64,000 nucleotides of DNA from Oceanispirochaeta sp. (GTDB lineage: Bacteria > Spirochaetota > Spirochaetia > DSM-2461), in contig CAXXOA010000001.1 of NCBI GenBank assembly GCA_963666275.2, forward strand, positions 192,001 to 256,000, written 5' to 3'. This document shows positions 48,123 through 58,367 of the stretch, piece after piece. The notes beneath the pieces were generated by a model that saw nothing but the letters and a program-made list of their open reading frames with translations, searched no databases and was not told the DNA's origin. A program made the translations under genes and the position numbers. Numbering within the stretch: position 1 is the stretch's first letter; each line of letters begins with the position of its first letter.

Positions 48123-49094
48123 TTATCTGTCTTTCAGTATGCGGTATACCTTATAGTTGTAGTGAATTATATCCGGTTCCACCAGATCTCCGACAAACTG
48201 TTCCAGAATCATGGAAGATTCTCTTTTTCTGTTCCGGGAATTCCGGGAATAGGGAACAATGACGAAGTCATAAAGATCCAGTGTTCCGTAGGATTCCATA
48301 TTCTGGATATGGGTGGATATAAACTCATGCTTGGTCAGGATCAGGACTTTCTGTCCTTTTGTCAGTTTCAGAATATCTTTTTTCTGGGCATTCTCTTTCG
48401 GAGAATCTACATAGAGTTTTCTATCCGCAATATAGGTGGCCGCCTGAATGATATAGTCAAATGTCTCTGCCAGATAGTGATCTCTGCCTGTGGCTATGAG
48501 AATATTGTTTACAGGATCAACCCATTCGTGACGGGTGAACAGTTCAAGTCCTTCCAGATGGGGAAGCTCTTCCATCAGATAATTGAGGACTCCCAGGTTG
48601 TGGGTATAAATCTCGAACCTCAGCCCATGATCCCTGATTCCAGTCACCAGAGATCTGGCAACATAATATACTTCCGTTCCCGCTCCCAGCAGAACCTTTA
48701 ATGGCCTGGAGGGCGTATTTTCTTTTTCATTGAGTATTTTGTCGAGGACGGCATTAGCGATTTTAAGTTTCTGGGTGATGTATAAAAGCTGTTTCTGTTT
48801 AAAACTATCCAGTTTATCCTGGAGGGTAATGGAGAAGTCCTCCGAATCGCTGCCGGGTTTTATTTTCCGGAAAAGGGGTGCTCCCAGTTCGTCTTCATAA
48901 CTCCGCAGCTGATTGTATATATGCTGGTTGCTGGTATAGGAAATAGCATATTTCTCATTGAGAAAGGAACGGATTTCTTCCAGGGGTACGATTATATGGT
49001 TTATAGATACTGCATCACTGAGCTCAAATTTCTGAGAAAAGTAGAGAAATACCTCAGTCACAAGATCCTTCATTCTGAGTCTCTGCTTAGCCAT
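48123..49094 (-). CDS. Putative regulator with a divergent DeoR-C sensor domain
   Basis: QKLKIA...VLLGAGTEVYYVA...IYTHNL resembles the DeoR C-domain. Divergent from iolG. Confidence 0.55.
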   Translation of the reverse strand: MAKQRLRMKDLVTEVFLYFSQKFELSDAVSINHIIVPLEEIRSFLNEKYAISYTSNQHIYNQLRSYEDELGAPLFRKIKPGSDSEDFSITLQDKLDSFKQKQLLYITQKLKIANAVLDKILNEKENTPSRPLKVLLGAGTEVYYVARSLVTGIRDHGLRFEIYTHNLGVLNYLMEELPHLEGLELFTRHEWVDPVNNILIATGRDHYLAETFDYIIQAATYIADRKLYVDSPKENAQKKDILKLTKGQKVLILTKHEFISTHIQNMESYGTLDLYDFVIVPYSRNSRNRKRESSMILEQFVGDLVEPDIIHYNYKVYRILKDR

Positions 49095-49256
49095 TGCCTA
49101 CCCCGCGATTTTTTTATCTTAATATGCTGTTTCAGCCTAATATCCTATTTTCAGGCTAAAATCATTTTCTACTATCTTAAGTGGGAGAGCAAAAAAAATC
49201 GACAACTTTCAGTGCGGGTGATACTGTTTTTTCAGAAATCAGAAAAGGAGGCTGTT

Positions 49257-50276
49257 ATGTCACAACCCTTAAATGTCGGTGTCATCGGAACAGGCCGTAT
49301 CGGGGCGTTCCATGTGGAAACTCTGACAAAAAGAATTGATGGAGTGAATGTCAAAGCTGTCTGCGATGCCTATCTTCCCGCTGCGGAAGAGTGTGCAAAG
49401 AAGTTTAATGTTCCTCTGGCATCATCGAAAATTGAAGATATTATTGATGACCCAGAAATAGAAGCGGTCATTATTTGTTCCAGTACAGATACTCATGCGG
49501 ATTATATTCAGGCTGCCGCAAAAGCGGGAAAGCATATTTTCTGCGAAAAGCCAATAGACCTGGATCTGGACAAAATCGATAAAACTCTGGCGGTAGTAAA
49601 AGAGTGCGGTGTGAAATTGCAGGTTGGATTCAACCGCAGGTTTGATCCCAATTTTGCCCGGGTCCGGGAAGGTATCGAGAAAGGGGAAATCGGAGACCTT
49701 CACTTTCTCAGAGTGGCCAGCCGGGATCCCGCTCCACCCCCCGCAGAGTATGTTGCCAGGTCCGGCGGTCTGTTCAGAGATATGACCATTCACGATTTTG
49801 ATATGGTCCGTTTTATTTCGGGCAGCGAAGTTGAAGAGGTCTATGCTTCCGGAGCAGTCCTTGTGGATCCTGCAATCGGTGAAGCTGGTGATATTGATAC
49901 AGCTGTGATCAACCTTAAGTTTGCCAATGGTGCCCTGGGTATCATAGATAACAGCCGGAAAGCCGTATACGGCTATGATCAGAGGATTGAAGCCTTCGGT
50001 TCGGGGGGAATGCTGGAAGCAAAAAACGTTGACTCCAACACTGTTGTCCTCAGCAGCGACAAAGCCATTCAGACAGATCTGATTCCTCTGTTCTTTGTGG
50101 AACGGTATACAACAGCCTATGTGAATGAGTTTAAAGCATTTGTTACAGCCATAGCCGAAGACAAACCTGTTCCTGTCACTGGAAACGATGGAAGGATGCC
50201 TGTTATCATCGCCCTGGCAGCCATGAAATCTCTGAAGGAGAACAGGCCCGTCAAGCTGTCCGAGGTTGCCGGATGA
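49257..50276 (+). CDS. iolG: myo-Inositol 2-dehydrogenase
   Basis: GTGRIG, CSSTDTH, CEKP, VGFNRRFD, SRDP, DMTIHDFD, YGYDQR. Start follows the AAGGAGG RBS. Confidence 0.9.
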   Translation: MSQPLNVGVIGTGRIGAFHVETLTKRIDGVNVKAVCDAYLPAAEECAKKFNVPLASSKIEDIIDDPEIEAVIICSSTDTHADYIQAAAKAGKHIFCEKPIDLDLDKIDKTLAVVKECGVKLQVGFNRRFDPNFARVREGIEKGEIGDLHFLRVASRDPAPPPAEYVARSGGLFRDMTIHDFDMVRFISGSEVEEVYASGAVLVDPAIGEAGDIDTAVINLKFANGALGIIDNSRKAVYGYDQRIEAFGSGGMLEAKNVDSNTVVLSSDKAIQTDLIPLFFVERYTTAYVNEFKAFVTAIAEDKPVPVTGNDGRMPVIIALAAMKSLKENRPVKLSEVAG

Positions 50277-51055
50277 AAACGACAGCCTGTATAGAAACTC
50301 TGTATACAGAGCTTCCCTGGGAAGAAAGGTTTCTGGCGGCAAAAAAAGACGGATTCGACTATGTGGAGTTCTGGAGCTGGACTGATAAGGACATTGATCA
50401 GATCAAAGAGCTTGCGGAAAAGGCGGGGATCGGTATCAGTGGTTACAATGGCGATGCTGATTACTCCCTGGTTGATCCTTCCCATAAAGAAAAATACCTT
50501 GAATTTCTGAGGCAGTCTCTGGAGACAGCTGTAAAGTTGGGTGCTCTGAGTGTTACCATTCACTCCAATGCTCTTGGCGATGGAGGTATTGTTGTGGATC
50601 ACTACACCGAACTTTCCCATACAGTGAAAATCTGCTCCATGTATGACATGCTGAAAGAGGTTGCTGTTATGGCCGAAAAGTTTGGGGTCAACTGCAATCT
50701 GGAAGGTCTGAATATAACAACAGATCATGTGGGCAACTTTCTGGAAAACACCCGTATGGCCGCGGAAATGGTTCGACTGATAGGTTCTCCCAGGTTGAAA
50801 ATCCTTTATGATGTGTATCATATGCAGCTCAATGAGGGGAAAATCTGTGATACCATTACTGAGTTTGTGGATACTTTCGGGCATGTGCATATTGCCGATG
50901 CTCCCGGACGCCATGAACCAGGTACAGGAGAGATCAATTATCCCAATGTGATAAAACACCTGAAAAAAGCAGGCTATGACGGTACAGTGGGTTCTGAACT
51001 CTTTCCTGCAAAAGATACTCCTACTGCTGTGAAAGCCATAATGGGAATCTTCTGA
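50273..51055 (+). CDS. Hydroxypyruvate isomerase (Hyi)-family TIM-barrel protein
   Basis: GFDYVEFW, LEGLN, LYDVYHMQ, HIADAPGRHEPGTGEINY. Confidence 0.87.
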   Translation: MKTTACIETLYTELPWEERFLAAKKDGFDYVEFWSWTDKDIDQIKELAEKAGIGISGYNGDADYSLVDPSHKEKYLEFLRQSLETAVKLGALSVTIHSNALGDGGIVVDHYTELSHTVKICSMYDMLKEVAVMAEKFGVNCNLEGLNITTDHVGNFLENTRMAAEMVRLIGSPRLKILYDVYHMQLNEGKICDTITEFVDTFGHVHIADAPGRHEPGTGEINYPNVIKHLKKAGYDGTVGSELFPAKDTPTAVKAIMGIF

Positions 51056-51060
51056 AGGTT

Positions 51061-51095
51061 TAACCGGCCGGTAGATACTGCCGTCCGGCCGGTTA
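51061..51095 (+). terminator. Stem-loop after the iolG-hyi operon
   Basis: TAACCGGCCGG...CCGGCCGGTTA. Confidence 0.65.
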
Positions 51096-51271
51096 TCATG
51101 AAATTTAAATCTTTTCCCGGCTGTCAATAGAATTTATTAATCTTACAGGGAAAAATAAAAGTAAATATTATAGAAAGTTATTGTGGAATCTTCTTCGGTT
51201 AGGGGAAGTATGTAAACTTATTTGACTAACTCCTGGGCCGAATGATATACTCCTGAAAACAGGAGTTAGGT

Positions 51272-52507
51272 ATGAAAGCAAAAACCAATGGTCACAATCA
51301 GTCTTCCGTGCGGATCAGTAATCGTTCTCTGGTGCTGGATTTGCTGCGGAAGAACGATGCCATGACTGTCAGTCAGATTTCTAAAGAGGTCAGGTTAAGC
51401 AAAACAACCATATGGAAGATCATTGACTATTTTCTCTCCCTGAATCTTGTTACCCTCATTGGAAAAGCGGAAGCTTCGGATGAAGGGGGAAAAAAGCCGG
51501 AACTGTACAGATTTAATGAAAACTGCGGGTATGTCATAACAGCCAGTTTTCTGGGAGATGCCATTCATCTTGCCCTGACTGATGCCCGGGCAAGCATCTT
51601 TTATAAAGAGATAGTCCATATTACAAACGATGAAAAGCTCGAAAATATCATTATAATCATTTCGGATTTTATACGGAAATGGCAAGAACCGGGCTCCCTG
51701 GTAAAAAAAGAAGCAAAACTTGTCGGGATTGCCATAGCGGCTTCCGGTGTTGTAGACCCTGAATCCGGAATGAGTATCACGGCGTCCCGGTTCAACTCCT
51801 GGAGAACCTTCTCGCCCATTCAGAAAATGATTGAGGAAAAGGTGGAACTTCAAGCGCCTTTTTATATAGACAACTACAATAGATTCCACATTTATGCTGA
51901 AAAAAGTATCGGTCAGGTTAAGGATAAGGACAATATCATCCTTGTGAACCTTAATGCCGACGGAGTGGGCGGGGCTATTATCGCCGACAGCAAGTTGAAG
52001 AGGGGGCCCCGTTTTCTGACAGGGGAGCTGGGGCATATGTGCCTGAATCCGGAAGATACAGAGATCTGCCACTGTGGAGGCAGGGGGTGTTTTGAGCAGC
52101 TTGTTTCCATTCCCCGGTTTCTGAATACCGCCAGGAAGGAAATCTCCGAACATCCAGAGACCGGTTTATCTGAAAAAGGTCTGACCCTGAAAAGAATTTT
52201 CCAGGCGTCTAATGAGGGCGATACCCTGGCTCAGGATCTTCTTGATTCAATTTTAAAATGGTTTTCCATTGCTCTGTACAATGCCAATCTTGTGTTCAAT
52301 GCGGAGACAATTATTATATCCGGCGATTACAGGGTGGCAGGAGACTATTTCTACTCCAGGCTGTCAGATCTTGTTGAAAATAGAGGTTTTTTAAAAATCG
52401 CTAAAAATTTTGACATCAGATACTCCGTCTTTGATGAGGAAGGTTCTCTCCGAGGGGGAGCATGTTATGCCCTCAATGACTATTTTGCAAAAAATTCTGA
52501 CTACTGA
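51272..52507 (+). CDS. ROK-family transcriptional regulator
   Basis: N-terminal HTH, GGKKP, GELGHM...CHCGGRGCFE. Confidence 0.94.
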   Translation: MKAKTNGHNQSSVRISNRSLVLDLLRKNDAMTVSQISKEVRLSKTTIWKIIDYFLSLNLVTLIGKAEASDEGGKKPELYRFNENCGYVITASFLGDAIHLALTDARASIFYKEIVHITNDEKLENIIIIISDFIRKWQEPGSLVKKEAKLVGIAIAASGVVDPESGMSITASRFNSWRTFSPIQKMIEEKVELQAPFYIDNYNRFHIYAEKSIGQVKDKDNIILVNLNADGVGGAIIADSKLKRGPRFLTGELGHMCLNPEDTEICHCGGRGCFEQLVSIPRFLNTARKEISEHPETGLSEKGLTLKRIFQASNEGDTLAQDLLDSILKWFSIALYNANLVFNAETIIISGDYRVAGDYFYSRLSDLVENRGFLKIAKNFDIRYSVFDEEGSLRGGACYALNDYFAKNSDY

Positions 52508-52779
52508 CTTTTCTTAAATGGAATTGCGTTGTTTGTTTCTTAAGTGAATATAGTGTCAGTTTTGTCTGGCAATATTGAAAAAAAGCACTTTAAGATGTAA
52601 AAAATAAACCCATATTGGATAATAATATATCTATATAACCCAGCAAGTAAACTTAGTTAATAAATTAACTTGACATACCGGGGGAGGGTGCTATAATTGA
52701 ATTTATCAAACGGTTTGAGATGAGCAAATCATCAGACAAACTGACTTAAACCAGCAGCATTCATAAATAGGAGGATTCA

Positions 52780-53712
52780 ATGAAGAAAGCGGTATTGGTA
52801 ATTTTAATGGTTCTTATGGTAATAGGAGGGATTTTTGCCGAAGGACAAAAAGATGACGGTAAGATAACAATAGGTTATACTTTTCATAGTGCACAGGATG
52901 TATTTCAGAATCAGCTGAAAGAAGAGTTTGTGAAAGCAGCAGAAGCTAAAGGCTGGGAAGTGAAAGTAATCGATCCACTTCTGGACATTGAAAAACAGGT
53001 TGCCGCAGTAGAGACTTTTATTTCTCTTGGCGTAGATGCCATCGGAATTAGTCCTCTGGACTCTCAAGGCTGTATTCCTGCGGTTAAGATGGCCAATGAC
53101 GCGGGAATCCCCATTGTTTCTGTTAATGCCAGAATAGATCCTTCTGCGGGAGAATTTGTCTATGTCGGTTCTGACAACTATGATGCCGGTAAAATGGAAG
53201 GAGAATATATAGCTTCAATTCTTCCCCAGGGAGCCAATGTTATCTATCTCCAGGGAACACCCGGAATGGACCATTCTATAAAAAGACGGCAGGCTATTAT
53301 GGATACTGTTATCGATGCAAGACCTGATGTGACATTGCTTGCGGACCAGACAGCCAACTATGACAGAGCGGAAGGTATGATGGTTATGGAAGACCTGATT
53401 CAGGCTTTCCCCCAGTTTGGAGAAGGGGATGCTTTAATCACAGCAAATGACCAGATGTCTCTGGGAGGGCTGGAGGCTCTGAAAGGTGCAGGAATCTCAG
53501 GTGTGATTATCGGAGGTATTGATGGAACTGACGAAGCCAAACAGAATGTTAAAAACGGTACTTTTGCTATTACTGTTCTTCAGGACAAAGCCGGACAGGC
53601 TCAGACTTCCATTGATACAATCGAAAAGATTCTAAATGGTGAAACAGTAGATGGTGATGTAATGGTTCCCTTCGTTCCTATTACAAAAGAAAACATTGAC
53701 GAGTTCATGTAA
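52780..53712 (+). CDS. Sugar (inositol-type) ABC transporter substrate-binding protein
   Basis: Signal peptide; YVGSDNYDAG, ANDQM, GIDG. Confidence 0.92.
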   Translation: MKKAVLVILMVLMVIGGIFAEGQKDDGKITIGYTFHSAQDVFQNQLKEEFVKAAEAKGWEVKVIDPLLDIEKQVAAVETFISLGVDAIGISPLDSQGCIPAVKMANDAGIPIVSVNARIDPSAGEFVYVGSDNYDAGKMEGEYIASILPQGANVIYLQGTPGMDHSIKRRQAIMDTVIDARPDVTLLADQTANYDRAEGMMVMEDLIQAFPQFGEGDALITANDQMSLGGLEALKGAGISGVIIGGIDGTDEAKQNVKNGTFAITVLQDKAGQAQTSIDTIEKILNGETVDGDVMVPFVPITKENIDEFM

Positions 53713-53803
53713 TCATTTCTTTTAAGTAATTTTTATCGACTGGAGCGTGTGCGCTCCGGTCGATTCGCCCAAAACCCCTTGTATTTTAAAAAAGGAGGAC
53801 ACC

Positions 53804-55315
53804 ATGAGCAGTAATAGTGAGTTTTTGCTTGAAATGCGGAATATAGTGAAAACTTTTCCCGGTGTGAAAGCTGTCGATAATGTCACTCTGCGCGTTCGTC
53901 CGGGTACTGTTCACGCCCTTGTCGGAGAGAATGGAGCGGGGAAGTCGACCATGATGAAGATTCTGGCTGGAGAACACAGCCCGAATGCCGGTGAAATATG
54001 GTTTGACGGAGAAAAAGTCGAAATCAAAACAACTCAGGATGCATTTGATGTGGGAGTCTCCACAGTCTATCAGGAGCTCAACCTGGTAAATGAAATGACA
54101 ATTGCCGAGAATATGTTTCTCGGAAGGGAGCCCAGGCAGAAGAATAAACTGTTTGTTGATTCCCATTATATAAACAGCGAAACAGCAAAATATCTGGAAG
54201 GTATAGGACTCGGGAGTTTTACTCCCAAAACAAAACTGAATAAACTGAGCGTGTCCCAGCAGCAGATGGTGGAAATTGCCAAAGGAATCCATAGAGGGTC
54301 CAGTCTGATTGTTCTGGATGAACCTACTTCTGCCATTACAGATGCCGAGGTAGCCACGCTGTTTAAATTGATTAACGAACTGAAAGCAAAAGGGATTACC
54401 TTTATATATATCTCTCATAAGCTGGATGAGATTTTTGAAATCACCGATGAGGTAACCGTTATGCGTGATGGACAGTATGTAGATACTGTTGCAACAAGTG
54501 ATCTTACAGAAAAATCTCTGGTTTCCCTAATGGTTGGTCGGGAGCTCACGCATCTTTTTCCCAAGACAGAAGTTGAAATCGGTGATGTGGTCTTTGAGGC
54601 TAAAAACCTGACACGGAAAGGGGCTTTCGAGAATGTCTCTTTTCAGATCCGTCAGGGAGAAATTGTAGGTCTTTCCGGTCTGATGGGTGCAGGGCGAACG
54701 GAAGTGGCTCGGGCCATTTTCGGACTGGATCCTCTGGATGGGGGAGAGATGTTTCTTGACGGGCTTCCCTATGAAGTGAAAAAGCCGATTGATGCTATCC
54801 GTCATGGGATTGCCTATGTTCCGGAAGATCGAAAGGAAGTTGGACTGTGTCTGGGGCGCCCTATACTTGAAAACATTTCCCTGGCAAGTCTGGAGATGTT
54901 TACAAATAAAGGATTTCTGGATCTCAAGTACGAAAGACAGGAGGCTGAGGAGATATCGAAACAGCTTCAGACAAAGACTCATAGTCTTGATGTCAATGTA
55001 AATACCCTATCCGGTGGAAATCAGCAGAAAGTTGTTCTCAGTAAATGGCTGATCAGGCCTCTGAAGGTCCTCATTCTGGATGAACCGACCAGGGGGATCG
55101 ATGTGGGAGCCAAGTCAGAGATCCATAAGCTTATGTGTAAGTTTGCAGCCAAAGGTATGGCGGTGATTATGATCTCTTCGGAGTTGCCGGAAATTCTCGG
55201 AATGAGCGACAGAATTCTGGTTATGCATGAAGGTGAGTTTAAAGGAGAACTGAGCCGTGAAGAAGCGACTCAGGAAAGTGTCATGACTTTGGCAACAGGA
55301 GGAAAAAATGAGTAA
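53804..55315 (+). CDS. Sugar ABC transporter ATP-binding protein
   Basis: GENGAGKST, LSGGNQQK. Start follows the GGAGG RBS. Confidence 0.96.
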   Translation: MSSNSEFLLEMRNIVKTFPGVKAVDNVTLRVRPGTVHALVGENGAGKSTMMKILAGEHSPNAGEIWFDGEKVEIKTTQDAFDVGVSTVYQELNLVNEMTIAENMFLGREPRQKNKLFVDSHYINSETAKYLEGIGLGSFTPKTKLNKLSVSQQQMVEIAKGIHRGSSLIVLDEPTSAITDAEVATLFKLINELKAKGITFIYISHKLDEIFEITDEVTVMRDGQYVDTVATSDLTEKSLVSLMVGRELTHLFPKTEVEIGDVVFEAKNLTRKGAFENVSFQIRQGEIVGLSGLMGAGRTEVARAIFGLDPLDGGEMFLDGLPYEVKKPIDAIRHGIAYVPEDRKEVGLCLGRPILENISLASLEMFTNKGFLDLKYERQEAEEISKQLQTKTHSLDVNVNTLSGGNQQKVVLSKWLIRPLKVLILDEPTRGIDVGAKSEIHKLMCKFAAKGMAVIMISSELPEILGMSDRILVMHEGEFKGELSREEATQESVMTLATGGKNE

Positions 55316-56276
55316 TGAAGCTGCTCTTTCTAGAAAATTTGATGCAAAAGCTTTTTTAGCTAAATACGGGTTTCTTGTGATTCTTGCGGTAATGGTTATC
55401 GCTTCCACAATTTTGAGCCCTGCTTTTCTGACAGGACGGAACATTATGAATGTTCTGAGGCAGATGTCCATTATTACGATTATCGGTTTTGGTGTAACAA
55501 TGATTATCATCAGCGGTGGTATTGACCTGTCTTCCGGTTCCGTTGTAGCTCTTACCGGTGTGCTTGCTACCAGTATGTATGTTGCAACAGGGAGCATCCT
55601 GCTGGGGCTGCTGACCGGTTTGGTCGCTGGTGCTGCAGTGGGTTTTTTTAACGGATTTTTTATTACCTATTTTGATCTTCCACCGTTTATTGTTACGCTG
55701 GCCATGATGACCGGCGCCCGTGGGCTCGCTCTTCTTTATACTGGAGGTTATCCGATTATCAATATCGGCGACTTCACAGTTTTCGGCCAGGGCTATACCT
55801 TTGGTATTCCCAATCCGATCCTGATTATGCTTCTGGTTATGTTTATCCTGCTGGTTCTTGTGAAAAGGACCCGTTATGGACGGTATATCTATGCGATTGG
55901 TGGGAATGAAACAGCCGCTATGGCTTCCGGTGTTAATGTTAAAGGGATTAAGATCATGACTTATACCCTGGCAAGTTCTCTGGTGGGACTTTCAGGAGTG
56001 CTTCTTATGTCCCGTATCAATTCCGGTCAGCCCGCTGCAGGACTTATGTTTGAGCTGGATGCCATTACCTGTGCGGTTATCGGTGGTACCTCCCTTTCTG
56101 GAGGTGTGGGAACTATCGCGGGGACTCTTGTTGGTGGTCTGATAGTCGGAATCCTTCAGAATATTCTGAATCTGACCAATGTTTCCCCCTACTGGCAGCA
56201 GATTCTTAAAGGTGTTGTTATTATGATTGCCGTGATTATGGATATCAAAACCAAAAGTGTTAAAACTTCAAACTAG
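55308..56276 (+). CDS. Sugar ABC transporter permease
   Basis: GGIDLSSGS, YAIGGN, ELDAI..AVIGGTSLSGG. Confidence 0.96.
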   Translation: MSNEAALSRKFDAKAFLAKYGFLVILAVMVIASTILSPAFLTGRNIMNVLRQMSIITIIGFGVTMIIISGGIDLSSGSVVALTGVLATSMYVATGSILLGLLTGLVAGAAVGFFNGFFITYFDLPPFIVTLAMMTGARGLALLYTGGYPIINIGDFTVFGQGYTFGIPNPILIMLLVMFILLVLVKRTRYGRYIYAIGGNETAAMASGVNVKGIKIMTYTLASSLVGLSGVLLMSRINSGQPAAGLMFELDAITCAVIGGTSLSGGVGTIAGTLVGGLIVGILQNILNLTNVSPYWQQILKGVVIMIAVIMDIKTKSVKTSN

Positions 56277-56306
56277 TTTTTTATTAGGATTTATACTATT
56301 TCCGAA

Positions 56307-56332
56307 AAAGGTCCCTCCGGGGGCCTTTCTTT
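56307..56332 (+). terminator. Rho-independent terminator
   Basis: AAAGGTCCC...GGGCCTTT followed by a T-rich tail. Confidence 0.65.
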
Positions 56333-56881
56333 AGTTATAAGCCGATAGAAAAGGTTTTATCCGGTATCTGAAGAGTTTTGGTACAGGAACTGAGATTTCT
56401 GTTTGCAGAGGAGTCTCTTCGTGAAAAACCAGGTTCTCTTTGTTTTCGATATAGAGATCTTTTAAATAGAGGAGTTGCAGCCGGCTGGTATAGGTCCTAT
56501 ATGTAGACTTGTTTGATACGATTAGTATATCCATTATGTTTTTCTTGCTGATATTCTGGGCTGATATTCTGGCTTTACTGGAAAATGTTGCGAAAGCAGA
56601 CTTCGGTATTTGCAGTGCCTGAAGGTGGTTCTTTTTATATGGGACGGGGCTGGGTCAAACAGAAGGAAAGGTCGTTTTGTAATGCCGGGAATCAGTGGGC
56701 GGGGTATGTTTCTTTTGTTTGATGGTAAAGTTCTACAAGAGTACTATCAATTGGTTTTTTAATATCAGAGAGGGGAAGGGGGGGGAAGACCCCTGAACCG
56801 GTTTGCGAGCAGTTCAGGGGGAGGTGATGGGGGTGTTTAGTCCCGGAGGAAAACCTGAAGACTACACAACCCATGCATTTG

Positions 56882-58120
56882 TCAGTATGTAAGAGAGTTG
56901 ACGACCTCATACATGGCGGTGATGTTTTCAGGCGGAATTCCTGGCAGCATGTTGTGGATGGTTGTAAACACGAAACCGCCGTCTTTCATGAATATTTCAC
57001 AATTTTTTTTCACTTCATCTCTTACTGCCTGTTCATCTCCGAAGGCCAGGAGGTTCTGTGTGTCTACTCCGCCTCCCCAGAAAACCAGATCTTTACCGAA
57101 CTCATCTTTCAGCTGCTGAGGATCCATATGGTCGCATTGGGTCTGAACTGGATTGAGGATATCCAGGCCGGCATCAATCAGATGAGGAATCATGTCTTTG
57201 ATAGAGCCGCAGCTGTGGATAAAAGTCTTAAGATTGGAGTTTTTGTGGACATAGTCAAAAACAGCTTTGTGATAGGGGAAGATAAGTTCTTTGTACATAT
57301 CGGGTGAGATGAGTGGAGCCGATTGCATGCCCAGATCGTCTGACATTATCAGTACATCCGCGAACCCGTCGACGGCTTTCAGATATTTGTCCAGTTTTTC
57401 GTAATGCCTTTCCAGCATTGTATCGAAGAGTTTTTTCACTTCTTCAGGTTCGGCAAACATTTTCATAAAGAATTCATCATTCCGGTAGAGCCACTGTCCC
57501 GGCTCAAAAACGATATTGCTGTAATTGGCTGTGATGCAGTAATCAGTCGTTTCATACAGGTTCTTTGCTGCTTCATTGACTCTCTTGTAGAAATCGGGCT
57601 TATCCGCAAGGTGAAACATGGGATCCGGCAGGGAGAGCCAGCTTACCTTTTTCATTGCTTCTTCAAGGTCTTCAAAACTCTCTTTGGATTGGCCGTAGTA
57701 TGGGTAGATCTGCTGGTCAAAGTAAAAAGCCCCTTCGACCATGGATGTCAGAATCTCTCCCTCTTTATCCTTTACCACCCATTCAGTTCCCTTTTTTTCT
57801 AGTGTCATCCACCCGGGAAACTTGGCTTTAGACCCATCGGGGAGTGTCCAGTCCTGCCAGTCCGATTTTTCTGTTCCGAAGGTTCTTGCCAGATCAACAA
57901 CGTCTACCTTGAACCTGTCCAGATACCACTGTTCCGGCTGAGCCAGCTGTTGATTAACATCGTAAATCTTTGTTACGCCCTCTGTGATTCCTAGGTACTT
58001 TTTTAAGTCATTGTACAACATGGCGCTGACTCCGGATGAGTGCATGCCTCCGCAGTCAACAGCAATTTTATCTGCTTCCCTGTGATTTAAGACGGCTCTG
58101 ACCCGTTCTCTACTTGTCAT
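56882..58120 (-). CDS. Uroporphyrinogen decarboxylase / MtaA-CmuA-like family protein
   Basis: MTSRERV, SDDLGMQ, HSCG, LNPVQ, FWGGGVDTQ, GGFVF..IHN. Confidence 0.88.
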   Translation of the reverse strand: MTSRERVRAVLNHREADKIAVDCGGMHSSGVSAMLYNDLKKYLGITEGVTKIYDVNQQLAQPEQWYLDRFKVDVVDLARTFGTEKSDWQDWTLPDGSKAKFPGWMTLEKKGTEWVVKDKEGEILTSMVEGAFYFDQQIYPYYGQSKESFEDLEEAMKKVSWLSLPDPMFHLADKPDFYKRVNEAAKNLYETTDYCITANYSNIVFEPGQWLYRNDEFFMKMFAEPEEVKKLFDTMLERHYEKLDKYLKAVDGFADVLIMSDDLGMQSAPLISPDMYKELIFPYHKAVFDYVHKNSNLKTFIHSCGSIKDMIPHLIDAGLDILNPVQTQCDHMDPQQLKDEFGKDLVFWGGGVDTQNLLAFGDEQAVRDEVKKNCEIFMKDGGFVFTTIHNMLPGIPPENITAMYEVVNSLTY

Positions 58121-58367
58121 CCTTTTTGTCTCCTTTGAAAAAACAGTATCAACTGTGTGATTATTTAGGATCTATAAAAATAATAGCATTGTATGTTTTA
58201 TAAGTCAATAAAGTTTACAAAATGGTAATAAATTGTGGTTGTATCTAATTAAAGTGTTTTAATGTAATGTAATAAAGCTTGTCAATAAAGTGATTGTAAG
58301 TTATTATAATAAGGTAATTATTCCTTGAATATTTTAAATGTAATTATAGTTTAAAAAGGAGACATCT

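Noticed and set aside
48921..49256. 451-aa 'extended' IolG
   Set aside because: The extension overlaps the opposite-strand gene, and a strong RBS precedes ATG 49257.
56331..56880. Short ORFs, a 13-bp tandem repeat (GCTGATATTCTGG x2, about 56547-56572) and a G-rich hairpin in a 600-bp gap
   Set aside because: No RBS or recognisable motif, and only two repeat units with no spacer, so not CRISPR. The hairpin at about 56790-56820 is most simply a terminator for the minus-strand gene.
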